From the IMG/VR virus record IMGVR_UViG_3300044259_000172: a stretch of 51,946 bases of DNA. One strand, given 5' to 3'. Made by a program: the position numbers and the translations under genes. Positions within the stretch are counted from its first letter, which is position 1. Each line of letters starts with the position of its first letter. Below the pieces are notes generated by a model. It saw only the letters and a list, made by a program, of their open reading frames with translations, did no database searches and was not told where the DNA came from. Shown piece by piece: positions 41,993-51,946 of the stretch. This DNA is from a virus. Its lineage: Duplodnaviria; Heunggongvirae; Uroviricota; Caudoviricetes.

Positions 41993-43504
41993 TTATTTAG
42001 AAAGAATCTTTAATGATTCAGAAACTAAATCGTCAGCTGTTTCTTCTTTAACGAGAATGTTTCCATCATCATTATCCTCATCTGACTCATTAACCTTAGA
42101 ATTATCAACATCTAATTCTTCTGATTCATACTTTTTCTGTTCAGTAAAAAGCTTACGCAAAGTTTTCAGTTTTTCGTTTAGATCTTTAACATTGTCAAAT
42201 TCAAGACTTTCAGCTAGAGATGCAAAACGACGTGCCTGATTTCGTGATAGACCAACAGTTGCATTTTCATACAATTGCTTTACATTAATATTCTCTACAA
42301 TACTTTCGAGTTTATTATTTCTTTCAAGAACTGCTTTGTGTTCCTTAATAAGTGTGCTATACTTGTTTCCAATTACACTTTCAGAAAGAACTGTGTCAAA
42401 TCCTAGTTCTTTGAACATCTTAGACATTGCATTGAAACCTTCTTCAAGTTTCTTCATACGAGCTTTAGATTCAAAGATAGGCTTATTTTCTTCCTTCCAC
42501 TTACGAACTTCTTCTTTAGCATAAAGATCGAGAGATTCAATTAGATTTGCTCTTTCTTCTTCAAGCTTCTTTTGGAATCTATTTGCAATTCTTTTCTTTT
42601 CAGAACGAAGCTTATTAGCTACCATTGATTCAAAAATAGTTTTGACTTCATTTTTAGCAGATGCAGGAATATTAAGAGCTTCAAGAACTAGCTTTTGTTC
42701 CTTATCGGATAGAGTCTTTGACTCATCAAGGAAATCTTCTTTATCCTTTTCATCCCAATCATCTTCATATTCGTCGCCGTCAGCTTCTTTAATTTTAGCC
42801 TTTTTCTTTTCCTTTAGCTTTCCATCCCAATCTGTCTTGGAATTTGTGCCATCAGGATTTTGCTTTTCTTTAAGCTTATCGTCTTCGTCGTTATCGCCGT
42901 CAGCTTCTTTAAGCTTAGCTTTACGCTTAGCCATAATTTTCTTGGCTTCTTTAATGACATCATCTTCATCCTTGGAATCATCATCTTCAGCTTCTTTAAG
43001 CTTAGACTTCTTTTTTTCCTTTAGGGTTTCTTTGTCGTCATCATCTTCGTCTTCAGATTCAAAAATGTCTGCACTATCTTCATCCTTTGACTTGATGATA
43101 TTTTCAATATCTTCAAAGATATTTGCATCCTTTTCATCCTTAGATGGATCTAATTCATTAGATGTGCCAGACTTACCTTGATTAGTAATCTTGCTTCCTA
43201 AAGCATTAAATTCATCCTCATCGATGTTAATTTTGTCTTTACGTTCATCTTCGGAATCGTCATCTTCCTTCAATTTAGCTTTACGCTTAGCCATAATTTT
43301 CTTGGCTTCTTTAATGACATCATCTTCATCCTTGGAATCATCATCTTCCTTTAGGGTTTCTTTGTCGTCATCATCTTCGTCTTCAGATTCAAAAATGTCA
43401 GTTCCTTTTCCAACGAATTTAGGTTCTTGCATTCTCATTAAATCGTCGAGATCGTTAATTACTTCTCCCGAAGACTCTAGAACTGATTTTAATTTCTTTG
43501 CCAT
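41993..43504 (-). CDS. 22: Prohead core scaffold gp22 with a long repeated acidic N-terminal extension
   Basis: IFESMV, LDLYA.EEV.KW.EENK, LAESLEF; internal duplication. Confidence 0.85.
   Translation of the reverse strand: MAKKLKSVLESSGEVINDLDDLMRMQEPKFVGKGTDIFESEDEDDDDKETLKEDDDSKDEDDVIKEAKKIMAKRKAKLKEDDDSEDERKDKINIDEDEFNALGSKITNQGKSGTSNELDPSKDEKDANIFEDIENIIKSKDEDSADIFESEDEDDDDKETLKEKKKSKLKEAEDDDSKDEDDVIKEAKKIMAKRKAKLKEADGDNDEDDKLKEKQNPDGTNSKTDWDGKLKEKKKAKIKEADGDEYEDDWDEKDKEDFLDESKTLSDKEQKLVLEALNIPASAKNEVKTIFESMVANKLRSEKKRIANRFQKKLEEERANLIESLDLYAKEEVRKWKEENKPIFESKARMKKLEEGFNAMSKMFKELGFDTVLSESVIGNKYSTLIKEHKAVLERNNKLESIVENINVKQLYENATVGLSRNQARRFASLAESLEFDNVKDLNEKLKTLRKLFTEQKKYESEELDVDNSKVNESDEDNDDGNILVKEETADDLVSESLKILSK
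42915..43399. repeat. Internal direct repeats in gp22 (74 bp and 51 bp, two copies each)
   Basis: 42915-42988 = 43275-43348; 43019-43069 = 43349-43399. Confidence 0.85.
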
Positions 43505-43534
43505 TATGAAATAATCTCCTTATAGATGTATTTA

Positions 43535-44170
43535 TTAAAGAAGAATTTTCTTTAAAATCTTCAATTTTTGTTTAAGTATTACAGATTCGACCAATTCTCT
43601 ATTAATCTTTGTAACTAAATTTGTTTTAGGGTCAAACTTCCAATCTACAGATTCGAGGAGACCATTTACAAAAGCATCAGGAGCTGAAGGTGTACCAACG
43701 ATATCTATAGTAAATAATCTAAAATCATCCTGTACTACGTCAACCCCATCATTTCTAGTTTTAACAGACCCTAATGCTCTTGTTGAAACTCCTAATCTTA
43801 CCCCACCTTCTAATAATTCAGCGGCATGTCTTCCCATTTTTGTAGGAAGAAGTCTAGCTTTTCCATAAACATTAGAACCTTCAATTCGAAGTTCGGTGAT
43901 TAAATGAGATGCTTGTTTTAAATCAGGTTGGGGTCTATCAGGATGCTCAATTTCTCCGACAGCCTGGCATGTTTTTACACATTCATTAATATATCTTTCG
44001 AATTCTGGCATCAAAATAGAAGACGGATAAATTCTATCATTTCCATTTACTACATCAGCTTGAGCAAAAATTCCTTCAATATAAAGTTGCTTACCAGATG
44101 ATGTATTTTCTGTAAGTAATTCTACATTAGAATTTAAATCTTCAGAAAGAAGTTTTTGAAACTGTACCAT
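43535..44170 (-). CDS. 21: Prohead protease gp21
   Basis: LYIEGIFAQA..VN.N.RIYP, GEIEHP, LGVSTRALGS, DIV..PSAPDAFVNG. Confidence 0.95.
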   Translation of the reverse strand: MVQFQKLLSEDLNSNVELLTENTSSGKQLYIEGIFAQADVVNGNDRIYPSSILMPEFERYINECVKTCQAVGEIEHPDRPQPDLKQASHLITELRIEGSNVYGKARLLPTKMGRHAAELLEGGVRLGVSTRALGSVKTRNDGVDVVQDDFRLFTIDIVGTPSAPDAFVNGLLESVDWKFDPKTNLVTKINRELVESVILKQKLKILKKILL

Positions 44171-44175
44171 ATATT

Positions 44176-44322
44176 TTATTTGATTTCCTTTTTGGAATCT
44201 TTTTTGGCAAGACCAACTTCAATAGACTTGTCTTTAATAATTTTAGTATCTTTCATGGCTTCATTGAGAAAGCTATTCATCATTCTTTTAATGACTACTG
44301 GATCTTTTAATAGGTCAACCAT
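44176..44322 (-). CDS. Small prohead core protein (gp67/gp68 position), 48 aa, absent from the ORF track
   Basis: MVDLLKDPVVIKRMMNSFLNEAMKD...; TATAAATA at 44344-44351 and AAGGA RBS. Confidence 0.55.
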   Translation of the reverse strand: MVDLLKDPVVIKRMMNSFLNEAMKDTKIIKDKSIEVGLAKKDSKKEIK

Positions 44323-44368
44323 TTGTTTAAATTCCTTTTTCTTTATTTATAAAATCAAAAATTCTAAA

Positions 44369-46078
44369 TTAATCATCTTCTTCTGGTGTCGATTCTTTAT
44401 CATCACCAGGTTCCGTTAATTCTATTTTTAATTTTGGAGGTTCTTTGGATGGTTTATCTTCAGCAACGTCATCTAAACCATCTTCTCCATTTCCATCACC
44501 TGTGTCTTCTGCAAATTGGGGATTATTCTTTTCTAATTCAATTTGCTTAGCATTCTGTAGGATATCTTCATCTGACATTCTCAGAATATTTTTTTGTACA
44601 TATTCATGGGAAAAATATTTTCCAACATATGGCTCAATCTGTGCCAATGCTTCAAGTCTAGAAGTTAAAAGTTCCTGTTCTTTAGCTTCAGTATAATATG
44701 AATCTTTTATGAAATTATACTGAATTTTGTCTTGAATAGCTTCCCATTCTTGTTCGGTGAGAATTTCTTTAAGAATAAGTTGAGTTTTTAAAATATCATC
44801 AAATAAATGAGAAAATTGTCTACGAATTTTATTGATGAATTTTGAAAACTTTAATTCTTCTCTAGAAACTTCTGTGCTTTGTCCTAAAACCATCTGAATG
44901 CCTTCAGATTTAAATCTTCCTGGAGGAACTCTTAATGAATTATAAAGCTTTTCTTTCCAATATTCAATATCCGCAATATCACCGAAATTTACAGGATTGT
45001 TAATATTTTGAATTTCTGTAGATTTTTGTCCATCGATACGAGGTAACCAAATATTTTCTTGAACTGACATAACTCGAGCATCAGTTTTAACATTACCGGT
45101 AATAACATCATAAGAAAGTTTATTCTTATAATTATTCTGGATAGAAGCCATATATTTTTCAGCATTTTTAGGATTCATTTTTCCTATATCGACATAGATA
45201 ACTCTAGTGTCAGTAGAATTTCCTATACGCTGAACTAGGGCAGAATCTTCTGCCCATCTAAGCTGATTGAAAGGTCTAAGGCATTTTTGTAAATATCCAT
45301 AAACAACGCCTGTAGATGGATCAACCATTCCTGAAGTAATATAGGCAATAGAATCTTTATTAATTTTTAATGCGGCATTACCTCTAAAAGTAGAGGCATT
45401 TAATCTATCAATTGTAACATTTGAAGATCCGCCGTAAGTTTTGTCATATTGGAATGCTGTTTCGAAGTAAAGAAAATATTCATCAACGGTCTTATATCTA
45501 AATGTGCCATCATGATTATCAATCTGTTCTACTTCTTTAATTTTTCTAACTTTTCTTGGATCAAGAAATTTTAGACCTTTAATACCTACTTTTGTATTAT
45601 TAGGATTTACTAATTTGTGATAAATTAATCTAGAATCGATATACCATCTTTGGAAAATATCAATTCCTTTTTCCTTAAAATTTAACATTCTAAGGATTTC
45701 TTCAAATTCTTCAACTATTTCTTTTTTTGTGGCTTCAGGAAGTTCTGAATTATCAATTCCATCAAGATTAATTTCAACAGAAGCTTTATCATCATCCATG
45801 ACAATAGCTTCATTTACTATTTCTGAAACTGCTAAATCAGGTTCAGTAAATAAAGAAACTTGTCTATATTGATTTATTAATTGCGATTCTGATGAAACTT
45901 GGGCATCTAGAGAAATTTGATAAACAAAATTAGTCTCTGGGCCTGCAGGAATCTGTAATGCCCCATCTTCATTATCAGGAGGGGAAAATTGAGGTACATC
46001 TGCCTCAGCTTTAAGGTTTCGGCCTTTATTGATATCAAGGCCGAAACGATTAAGAAATTGTTCTACTAATGTTGCCAT
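44369..46078 (-). CDS. 20: Portal vertex protein gp20
   Basis: FQRWYIDSRL.YH, NQLRWAED..LV.RI, ENIWLPR, E.REE.KFSKFI. Confidence 0.95.
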   Translation of the reverse strand: MATLVEQFLNRFGLDINKGRNLKAEADVPQFSPPDNEDGALQIPAGPETNFVYQISLDAQVSSESQLINQYRQVSLFTEPDLAVSEIVNEAIVMDDDKASVEINLDGIDNSELPEATKKEIVEEFEEILRMLNFKEKGIDIFQRWYIDSRLIYHKLVNPNNTKVGIKGLKFLDPRKVRKIKEVEQIDNHDGTFRYKTVDEYFLYFETAFQYDKTYGGSSNVTIDRLNASTFRGNAALKINKDSIAYITSGMVDPSTGVVYGYLQKCLRPFNQLRWAEDSALVQRIGNSTDTRVIYVDIGKMNPKNAEKYMASIQNNYKNKLSYDVITGNVKTDARVMSVQENIWLPRIDGQKSTEIQNINNPVNFGDIADIEYWKEKLYNSLRVPPGRFKSEGIQMVLGQSTEVSREELKFSKFINKIRRQFSHLFDDILKTQLILKEILTEQEWEAIQDKIQYNFIKDSYYTEAKEQELLTSRLEALAQIEPYVGKYFSHEYVQKNILRMSDEDILQNAKQIELEKNNPQFAEDTGDGNGEDGLDDVAEDKPSKEPPKLKIELTEPGDDKESTPEEDD

Positions 46079-46117
46079 AATATTATGTATACCAATTCAA
46101 AGTAGATTTTTTCAGGA

Positions 46118-46708
46118 TTAACCTGTAGTACCGAAACTGTCCCCAGAAGTATTGTTTCTTGTAGTAGTAGATTCCCACCACTGTAAAGCAAATGTTACTG
46201 AAAATTCTTCAATGGTATCTGATGATCCCATATCGAGTCCAATATCACTTACAGACTTTGGCCAAGCCCCTGTCATTAGATATGATTTTACAGTTGTAGA
46301 ATTACGATTCAATTGAGCTACTGTTCCATTTGACATAACTCCTAAAGGATCATCTTCTAAGAAAGAATCTCTATCTACGTTTCCAACTACCATATCATTC
46401 CATCTTTCGAATACGTCTCTAATCAAGAAATCGGAATCATTTATAATAGTTACATTCCAATCTGAGAATGTTTTATCACCAGGAATTTTAAACTGACCTC
46501 CCCTAAATGGAATTTGAACTTCTCCAATTTCCATAGAAGGAATAGCTGTAGCCTTTACATAAAATTTTAATCTATTTTCTGCAAGACTTGCGTTTGTAAT
46601 GCTTCCTGTTAAAGCTGCTGGAAGAGTCAAATCTACATAAAATTGATTTGGTCTTGCCCCATCTTTCATTACTGACATAAAGTTTTGAAGGTGAAAATTC
46701 TGCACCAT
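46118..46708 (-). CDS. 19: Tail tube protein gp19
   Basis: GARPNQF, PFRG..FKIPGD.TFSDW.VTIIND.DF.IR..FE.W, GAWP, IEEF.VTF. Confidence 0.95.
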   Translation of the reverse strand: MVQNFHLQNFMSVMKDGARPNQFYVDLTLPAALTGSITNASLAENRLKFYVKATAIPSMEIGEVQIPFRGGQFKIPGDKTFSDWNVTIINDSDFLIRDVFERWNDMVVGNVDRDSFLEDDPLGVMSNGTVAQLNRNSTTVKSYLMTGAWPKSVSDIGLDMGSSDTIEEFSVTFALQWWESTTTRNNTSGDSFGTTG

Positions 46709-46743
46709 ATTGTTATCTCTTTCTTTTATATTTGGATAAGATC

Positions 46744-46765
46744 AGGAGAGTTTTTAGCTCTCCTT
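46744..46765 (-). terminator. Hairpin between gp18 and gp19 (terminator/attenuator)
   Basis: AGGAGAG-TTTTTAG-CTCTCCT. Confidence 0.5.
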
Positions 46766-46768
46766 CTA

Positions 46769-49246
46769 TTAGTTAGAATTAATGATTTCATCAAAAGTTA
46801 CGTTTCCATTCACGGCATTGAAATTAAGTGTAATTCCATTAATTGAATAGATTGGACGAACATAGATATCAGCAATAAATTCATTTCTTGAAACGATATC
46901 AGGTGTATTATTCTTTTCAGAACAAACAACTTCATATGAATCAATACCTCTACGTCCCTTTACAGTTCTAAGATACGGAGTTACCATATTCTTAAATCTG
47001 TTTCTCGTGAATTCATCATTCTGTTCGAAGAGATAATATCTAGCAGCCTTTGCAATTGATTTTTCTAGAATAATGAATAGGAATCTAACATTCATTCTAT
47101 CAAATGCTGAAGAAGTAGATAACCCTGTTTTGTCTCCGAATAGGACCGGTCCTTCTCCCAAGAATGTAACAATAGGATTAATATTGTTAGTGTACAATTT
47201 ATCTCTAGCAGTTTTATTTGGGTTCCAAGCAAGTTTTGTTGCATTCTTAATTCTTCCCTTATTCAATCCTGCTCCGGAGATCCAAGTATCATAAGTAGAA
47301 TGAGTAAGAGCATAACAACCAGCAGATGCTCCAGAAGTAGGAATCCATCTAAACTTATCATTATAAGTATCATATACATATGACCAATTGCAGTCTATAT
47401 GATAATATGATGAAGAACCTAGAAGATTTCTATAATCTACACAATCATCTGCCTCATTACCCTTATTTTGAACAACTGCATCCATAGGAGGAGAAACATA
47501 AACCACCAAATCTCTTCTGATTTCAGCAATATTTTGAATCGCATACAAAACAGTAGCAGGAGTTTGATCAGTCATAATCAAGTGATATAATTCTACATCT
47601 TCAGGATTTTTGAATAAGGCATAACCTTGTTGTAGAATTCCTACAGTTACTCCATCCCCAATAACATTGTCATCAACCCCGCCTGAAAGAACCTTATCTC
47701 CGAATGCAAATAATTCTTGACCAATTCTAACATATTGAGATCTTCTATTAATAGCATCAACATAATATTTTGCTGTACCATCGAAATAAGTTGTTCCAGG
47801 AACAACTGAAAGATAATCGAATCTTTCAAGAACTGTATTAGCTTCTCCAGTCCATTTACCTGTTCTATCAACAACTACTGCATGAACTTCAGTTTGATTT
47901 GAGAATACCTTCACATTATTTTTAGAAGCTTTAGGGAAGCCATATTCTACTGAAATTGCATCCGAGATGAATCCCCATTCAATTACAACATTTCCTTTTC
48001 CAATTCCTGGAGCAGTAAAAAATGTTAGAATTGTATTACCGCTAGTTTCAGTAATTTCTACTTCATTATTTGAAGCAGGAGCCACATTCACAATAGTTTT
48101 TTCGTTTCCATCTACTAAAATTTTAGAGGTTGCTGCTAAACCTGTTACCCCATTTACCACAAAGATCTTTGTTACAGAGTCACCATTTAGAAGACGAGTA
48201 TTTAATCCATAAGAAAGATTATTTCCATTGAGTAAGAATTGTCCTACTCCTGGATTTCCTTCTCCAGTATAATTAGTTTGAACTACCCCATCAACCTTCA
48301 CAACATAACCAGCAGTAGAAATATTATCTGTATTTGCTAATGTGAATGTATTCTGCTTTCCGATAGGAGTAATAGTTTCACTATCAGTGTTGATAGTTAG
48401 AGTATTTCCATTAACTGTAAATTTACCAGGATCTGTTCCCTGTTCAATTGTAGTTCCATCAACAGTTACAACATAATCAGATGTAGGTAATGGAGCATTT
48501 GCAGCAAAAACCTTTGTAGAACCGTTACCAGTAAACTGTACAACATTTGCAGAAGGAGCTACTACGAATCTATTAGCATAAGCCCAATTATCAAATTCAG
48601 ATGCTCTAACGATTGAGAGCATTAAACTATTTCCAAGAACCCCTGGGAATTTTCCAATTACTTCTGGCAATTCTACGGAATTTTCAAAATCATCTTTATT
48701 CTTGATTAAAACTGCTGATTGCGAAATCGTAGCAATTCCAGTTCCTGATGTATAACCAGATCCTCCGGAGATAACTTCTAACATAGTTACTCCTGCAGTT
48801 TCATCAACATTTGTTACTTTATAACTCGCTAATGAAATTCCACCAATTACGAAAATGGTATCACCTAATTGGTATCCAGTTCCTTTGTTCACGATTGATG
48901 CTGAGGAAATAACTCCATTAATCGTAACAATGCTTAAAGTAAGTCCTGTTCCTAATCCACCTGAAATTGAATTTCTAGCTAAATCACCTACAACTCTAAC
49001 AGTTTGGAGACTTGAAGAGTATGATAAGAAGTCATTTGCTAGATACCAAGTTTTATAGACATCATCGTTTGGAGGACCAAACGTAGACTTTAAGCCATCA
49101 GCATCGGAAATCTGAACAATTTGTTCGACTGGTCCCCACTGAAATGAACCGGCGATACCACCAGTACTTGTTGCAATGCCAGAAACTATGGTAGTGTAAT
49201 CATTTTCAGTTGTGATTACCCCTGGGCTTATATGAAATTGTGCCAT
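46769..49246 (-). CDS. 18: Tail sheath protein gp18 with inserted beta-rich domains
   Basis: SPGV...E.DYT, F.WGPVE, FGDKT...SAFDRMNVR.LF, FE.ND.FTR. Confidence 0.95.
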   Translation of the reverse strand: MAQFHISPGVITTENDYTTIVSGIATSTGGIAGSFQWGPVEQIVQISDADGLKSTFGPPNDDVYKTWYLANDFLSYSSSLQTVRVVGDLARNSISGGLGTGLTLSIVTINGVISSASIVNKGTGYQLGDTIFVIGGISLASYKVTNVDETAGVTMLEVISGGSGYTSGTGIATISQSAVLIKNKDDFENSVELPEVIGKFPGVLGNSLMLSIVRASEFDNWAYANRFVVAPSANVVQFTGNGSTKVFAANAPLPTSDYVVTVDGTTIEQGTDPGKFTVNGNTLTINTDSETITPIGKQNTFTLANTDNISTAGYVVKVDGVVQTNYTGEGNPGVGQFLLNGNNLSYGLNTRLLNGDSVTKIFVVNGVTGLAATSKILVDGNEKTIVNVAPASNNEVEITETSGNTILTFFTAPGIGKGNVVIEWGFISDAISVEYGFPKASKNNVKVFSNQTEVHAVVVDRTGKWTGEANTVLERFDYLSVVPGTTYFDGTAKYYVDAINRRSQYVRIGQELFAFGDKVLSGGVDDNVIGDGVTVGILQQGYALFKNPEDVELYHLIMTDQTPATVLYAIQNIAEIRRDLVVYVSPPMDAVVQNKGNEADDCVDYRNLLGSSSYYHIDCNWSYVYDTYNDKFRWIPTSGASAGCYALTHSTYDTWISGAGLNKGRIKNATKLAWNPNKTARDKLYTNNINPIVTFLGEGPVLFGDKTGLSTSSAFDRMNVRFLFIILEKSIAKAARYYLFEQNDEFTRNRFKNMVTPYLRTVKGRRGIDSYEVVCSEKNNTPDIVSRNEFIADIYVRPIYSINGITLNFNAVNGNVTFDEIINSN

Positions 49247-49321
49247 ATTGAATATCTCCTATGTCAATAAGTATTTGAAATAATATTATGATTATTTATA
49301 AAATTGACTTTTTAGGAAATG

Positions 49322-51040
49322 TTAATTGGCGAACGACAAAATTCCAAATTGGCCGAAATGACTATCAAATCCATTTTCTTCTTTTCTTGAATTAAAAAAT
49401 GCTTCATATAGTCTATTGATTTTTTCTTCTTCAGTATCTTCTGCGGAAAAATCATTTACCCCATCATCAAATATTCCAAAAGGAGGAATTGAATACTCGA
49501 TGTCAAGTTTATTTTCAATGTAGAGATACTCATAAAGCTTTCTAGCATCTTCATGATATTGAACAAAAAAATCCGTAGAAATAAACCATGAGAACATTAC
49601 AAGATTCATTACAAGATCGTCGTGATTATTTTTAGATGCTTCGTAAGAATTTTTTACTTGAACGAATGTTGTCATTTCAAATATAGTTTCTTCATCAACA
49701 ACGAGCATTTTTCCTTGCTCTATCAAATCCTTTAGATTTGTGCAACCAATAGATTTTACTCTTTTAGTCATCTCGACACCTAAAGAATTCTTTTGTCTAG
49801 ATTCAGTAAAAACATTAGGATATTCTAAGTCATATAATAATGAAGAAATAACAAGATATCCTTGATCATTTGCTTCTGCCACAATTAAAGCTTCATTATA
49901 AATTTGACCCCATTTTGCAATAATTGTCGGATATAGAAGAGGAGATATCATATTATTTCTATATCTTGCTACTACTCTATAAGGATTTTTAGAAATATTA
50001 ATAACTGAAAATGTAGAATAATCTTGCCCTCTTCCTTTTCCTACGTCTACTGTGATTATGTATTTGTTATCTTCTTCAGGTTTTTCGAAAACATATAGAG
50101 AATCATCTTCAAATATGTGGGATGGACGAATTTTTGTTAATGACATTAATGCATTAGCAGAAATTAAAGTATTTTGAGCTCCAACGAATTCATTTGCAAA
50201 TTCTTGAGCAAATTGTTCTTCAGATGTATTAGCAATTGTTTGTCTTTTCCATTCAGCATCTCTACCTGGAACTTCCCACCAATCTACTCTTGTAGGTTTA
50301 TAATCATTTGTTCCATTTATAGCCCCTGTCCAAATTTTATAAAATTGATTTCCTATACCATTGGCAGTAGATACAATAATAATTTTTGTAGACTGCCCTG
50401 ATGAAATAACTGGATAAGTTGAAGTCATAAATTCTTTGTCATTATCAACAAACCCAAACTCGTCAAGGATAACCATGTTGATAGAGTCTCCACGAATAGC
50501 ATCTTTCGAAGTAGATGCAGCATATACCGTGGAATCTGTTTCAAATTCAATAGACCCTTTATTTAAGGTTTTAACCCCAGGTTGTAAAAAGAATGGAAGA
50601 TTTTCTAAAGCTAAAGTTACACGGCCAAGAATTTGTCTAGATGTTGCTGCTTTATTCGCCAATAGAGCAATTCTGTAGTTTTTATTAAAAATGATCTGAT
50701 GCAAAATAAAAACTACATATGCAATAGATTTACCCGACTGACGAGCGGCCAATACTACATTAAATCTATTTTCTCTGAATGTTCTCCACATAACCTCCTG
50801 ATATGGATAAGGTTCAATTTTCATGATACCCTTATCAAGATTGATAATTTTTACATATTTTTTGGCAAAATATTCTACATTATGATAGCAAAGTAAATAT
50901 TCGCGCGACATTTCTGGAGTAAATTGGGTTTTTACTCCATTTCTTTTTACTTTTCTATTTCTTCCTAGAGCATCAAAGACAGAGTATTCAGTAGGATCAT
51001 GAATAACTCTATCAATATCTTCTTGTGTATAAAGCATCAT
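49322..51040 (-). CDS. 17: Terminase large subunit gp17
   Basis: ARQSGKS, ILDEFGF, VSTANG, DVGKG.GQDYS, HDDLVM. Confidence 0.97.
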   Translation of the reverse strand: MMLYTQEDIDRVIHDPTEYSVFDALGRNRKVKRNGVKTQFTPEMSREYLLCYHNVEYFAKKYVKIINLDKGIMKIEPYPYQEVMWRTFRENRFNVVLAARQSGKSIAYVVFILHQIIFNKNYRIALLANKAATSRQILGRVTLALENLPFFLQPGVKTLNKGSIEFETDSTVYAASTSKDAIRGDSINMVILDEFGFVDNDKEFMTSTYPVISSGQSTKIIIVSTANGIGNQFYKIWTGAINGTNDYKPTRVDWWEVPGRDAEWKRQTIANTSEEQFAQEFANEFVGAQNTLISANALMSLTKIRPSHIFEDDSLYVFEKPEEDNKYIITVDVGKGRGQDYSTFSVINISKNPYRVVARYRNNMISPLLYPTIIAKWGQIYNEALIVAEANDQGYLVISSLLYDLEYPNVFTESRQKNSLGVEMTKRVKSIGCTNLKDLIEQGKMLVVDEETIFEMTTFVQVKNSYEASKNNHDDLVMNLVMFSWFISTDFFVQYHEDARKLYEYLYIENKLDIEYSIPPFGIFDDGVNDFSAEDTEEEKINRLYEAFFNSRKEENGFDSHFGQFGILSFAN

Positions 51041-51538
51041 TTAGAGTTTTTCTCCATTAATGACTTTGTATTCAGGTTCAGGTCTTTTCTTTTCAATCTC
51101 AGATAAAAGATCTGCTACAGATATTGCTACAAATTGTCCATTTGAATTAGAAGTTTCCCCCATTGTAGGCTCTCCTTCCACTTTACCAAATCTATTTTCA
51201 GGAAGTTTATTTTTCTTTTTAATTGAAAGCAAACTTAAATTGGCATCAGAAATAGTTTTTATTAGATTTGAAAGAGCTTCATATGGTCTAGGATGCTCGG
51301 AAGATGCTGCTAAATCTGCAAGATCTTTTATTGCATTATTACCATAATCTATAACACTTCTTAAATTATGTTCAACTTCTATTTCTAATTCTTCTTCTGT
51401 AGACCCTTTTGTTCTATCAAAATTTTCTATATTTTGAGTAAAATTTTGTGTAGTGGCCAATTTAGTAGAAGGTTTTATTCTTTCATCACCATCTTTTAAA
51501 AGATTTAAAAGTTCTTGATCTATCTCAGTCATCGACAT
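51041..51538 (-). CDS. 16: Terminase small subunit gp16
   Basis: LA..SEHPR.YEAL..LIK; directly upstream of gp17. Confidence 0.85.
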   Translation of the reverse strand: MSMTEIDQELLNLLKDGDERIKPSTKLATTQNFTQNIENFDRTKGSTEEELEIEVEHNLRSVIDYGNNAIKDLADLAASSEHPRPYEALSNLIKTISDANLSLLSIKKKNKLPENRFGKVEGEPTMGETSNSNGQFVAISVADLLSEIEKKRPEPEYKVINGEKL

Positions 51539-51946
51539 TCCTAATTGCGACTCTATTAAATCTGATAGGAAAATACCAAAGAGGTTTTGGTAAATTTAGG
51601 TCATGATTTGGATTATATGAGATTGATACGTGAGGAAGAAAATCTTCAAAATTATGTGTCAATCTCATATCTCTTATAATATGATCTCTAAGTCTTGTTA
51701 AATCAGAAGGGCATGTAGTTTTTATGGCAGTGGCTTTATCTCCTAATTTCATTAGACATGCCCCATTCACCGTAATAGGTTGAATATTAGCAGTTTCAAA
51801 ATTAGGATATGAACTTTCCCCAATAGAATATAGAAGGGTCATATGAAATTCGAATGGCTCATCAGAAATACTTCCATCATATTTTGTAGAAGTATCCAAC
51901 CCCCATCTAGACGCTAATTTTTCTAATCTTAAACTCGTAACATTAT
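51525..51946 (-). CDS. acb1: 2H phosphodiesterase, Acb1/T4 57B-like anti-CBASS nuclease (N-terminus beyond the window)
   Basis: HMTLLYS and THNFEDFLPHVSISYN versus T4 57B HSTICYS and THDFDDYTPHITLSYN (recalled from memory); the frame is open to the window end. Confidence 0.75.
   Translation of the reverse strand, partial: NVTSLRLEKLASRWGLDTSTKYDGSISDEPFEFHMTLLYSIGESSYPNFETANIQPITVNGACLMKLGDKATAIKTTCPSDLTRLRDHIIRDMRLTHNFEDFLPHVSISYNPNHDLNLPKPLWYFPIRFNRVAIRNVDD

Noticed and set aside
4598-50896. Long antisense ORFs such as 4598-5014, 5045-5401, 17813-18592, 41407-41895 and 42642-43514
   Set aside because: Shadow frames of real genes on the opposite strand; Ser/Phe/Leu-rich mirror of Lys/Glu codons.
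1-51946. CRISPR array, integrase, transposase or rRNA
   Set aside because: No regularly spaced repeats or such genes were seen; the repeats found are two-copy or palindromic.

Overview
This is about 52 kb of a strongly AT-rich T4-like myovirus genome. From left to right it holds: a replication block (exonuclease, gp33, gp59, gp32); a convergent baseplate/tail block (tape measure-like, gp51, gp26, gp54-like, gp2); a class II (B12-type) ribonucleotide reductase, glutaredoxin and an AAA+ ATPase; and about 11 kb of small early genes, including a T4-type beta-glucosyltransferase, RlpA, YqeY, DenV and a YkuK-like RNase H. Next comes a minus-strand tRNA array (about 23.7-30.8 kb) with about 30 tRNA genes and two GIY-YIG homing endonucleases. 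It is followed by an ART-like gene, a metallophosphoesterase, rnh, uvsW, uvsY, gp3, the head/tail module gp23-22-21-20-19-18-17-16, and an Acb1 (T4 57B)-like 2H phosphodiesterase cut off by the window edge. The most unusual content is in the tRNA array. It carries several tRNA-shaped but non-canonical RNAs: a 101-nt tmRNA-TLD-like RNA with G3.U70, a 210-nt RNA with tRNA ends and a pseudoknotted core, a D-armless Arg(UCU) mimic locked in a 20-bp duplex, a Sec-like-fold tRNA with a GUA anticodon, class-II Ile(UAU) and Asn, and Leu(AAG). Other structured spacers lie between them, and tRNA-binding or RNA-modifying protein candidates lie nearby. All folds were made by hand; nothing was computed or searched.
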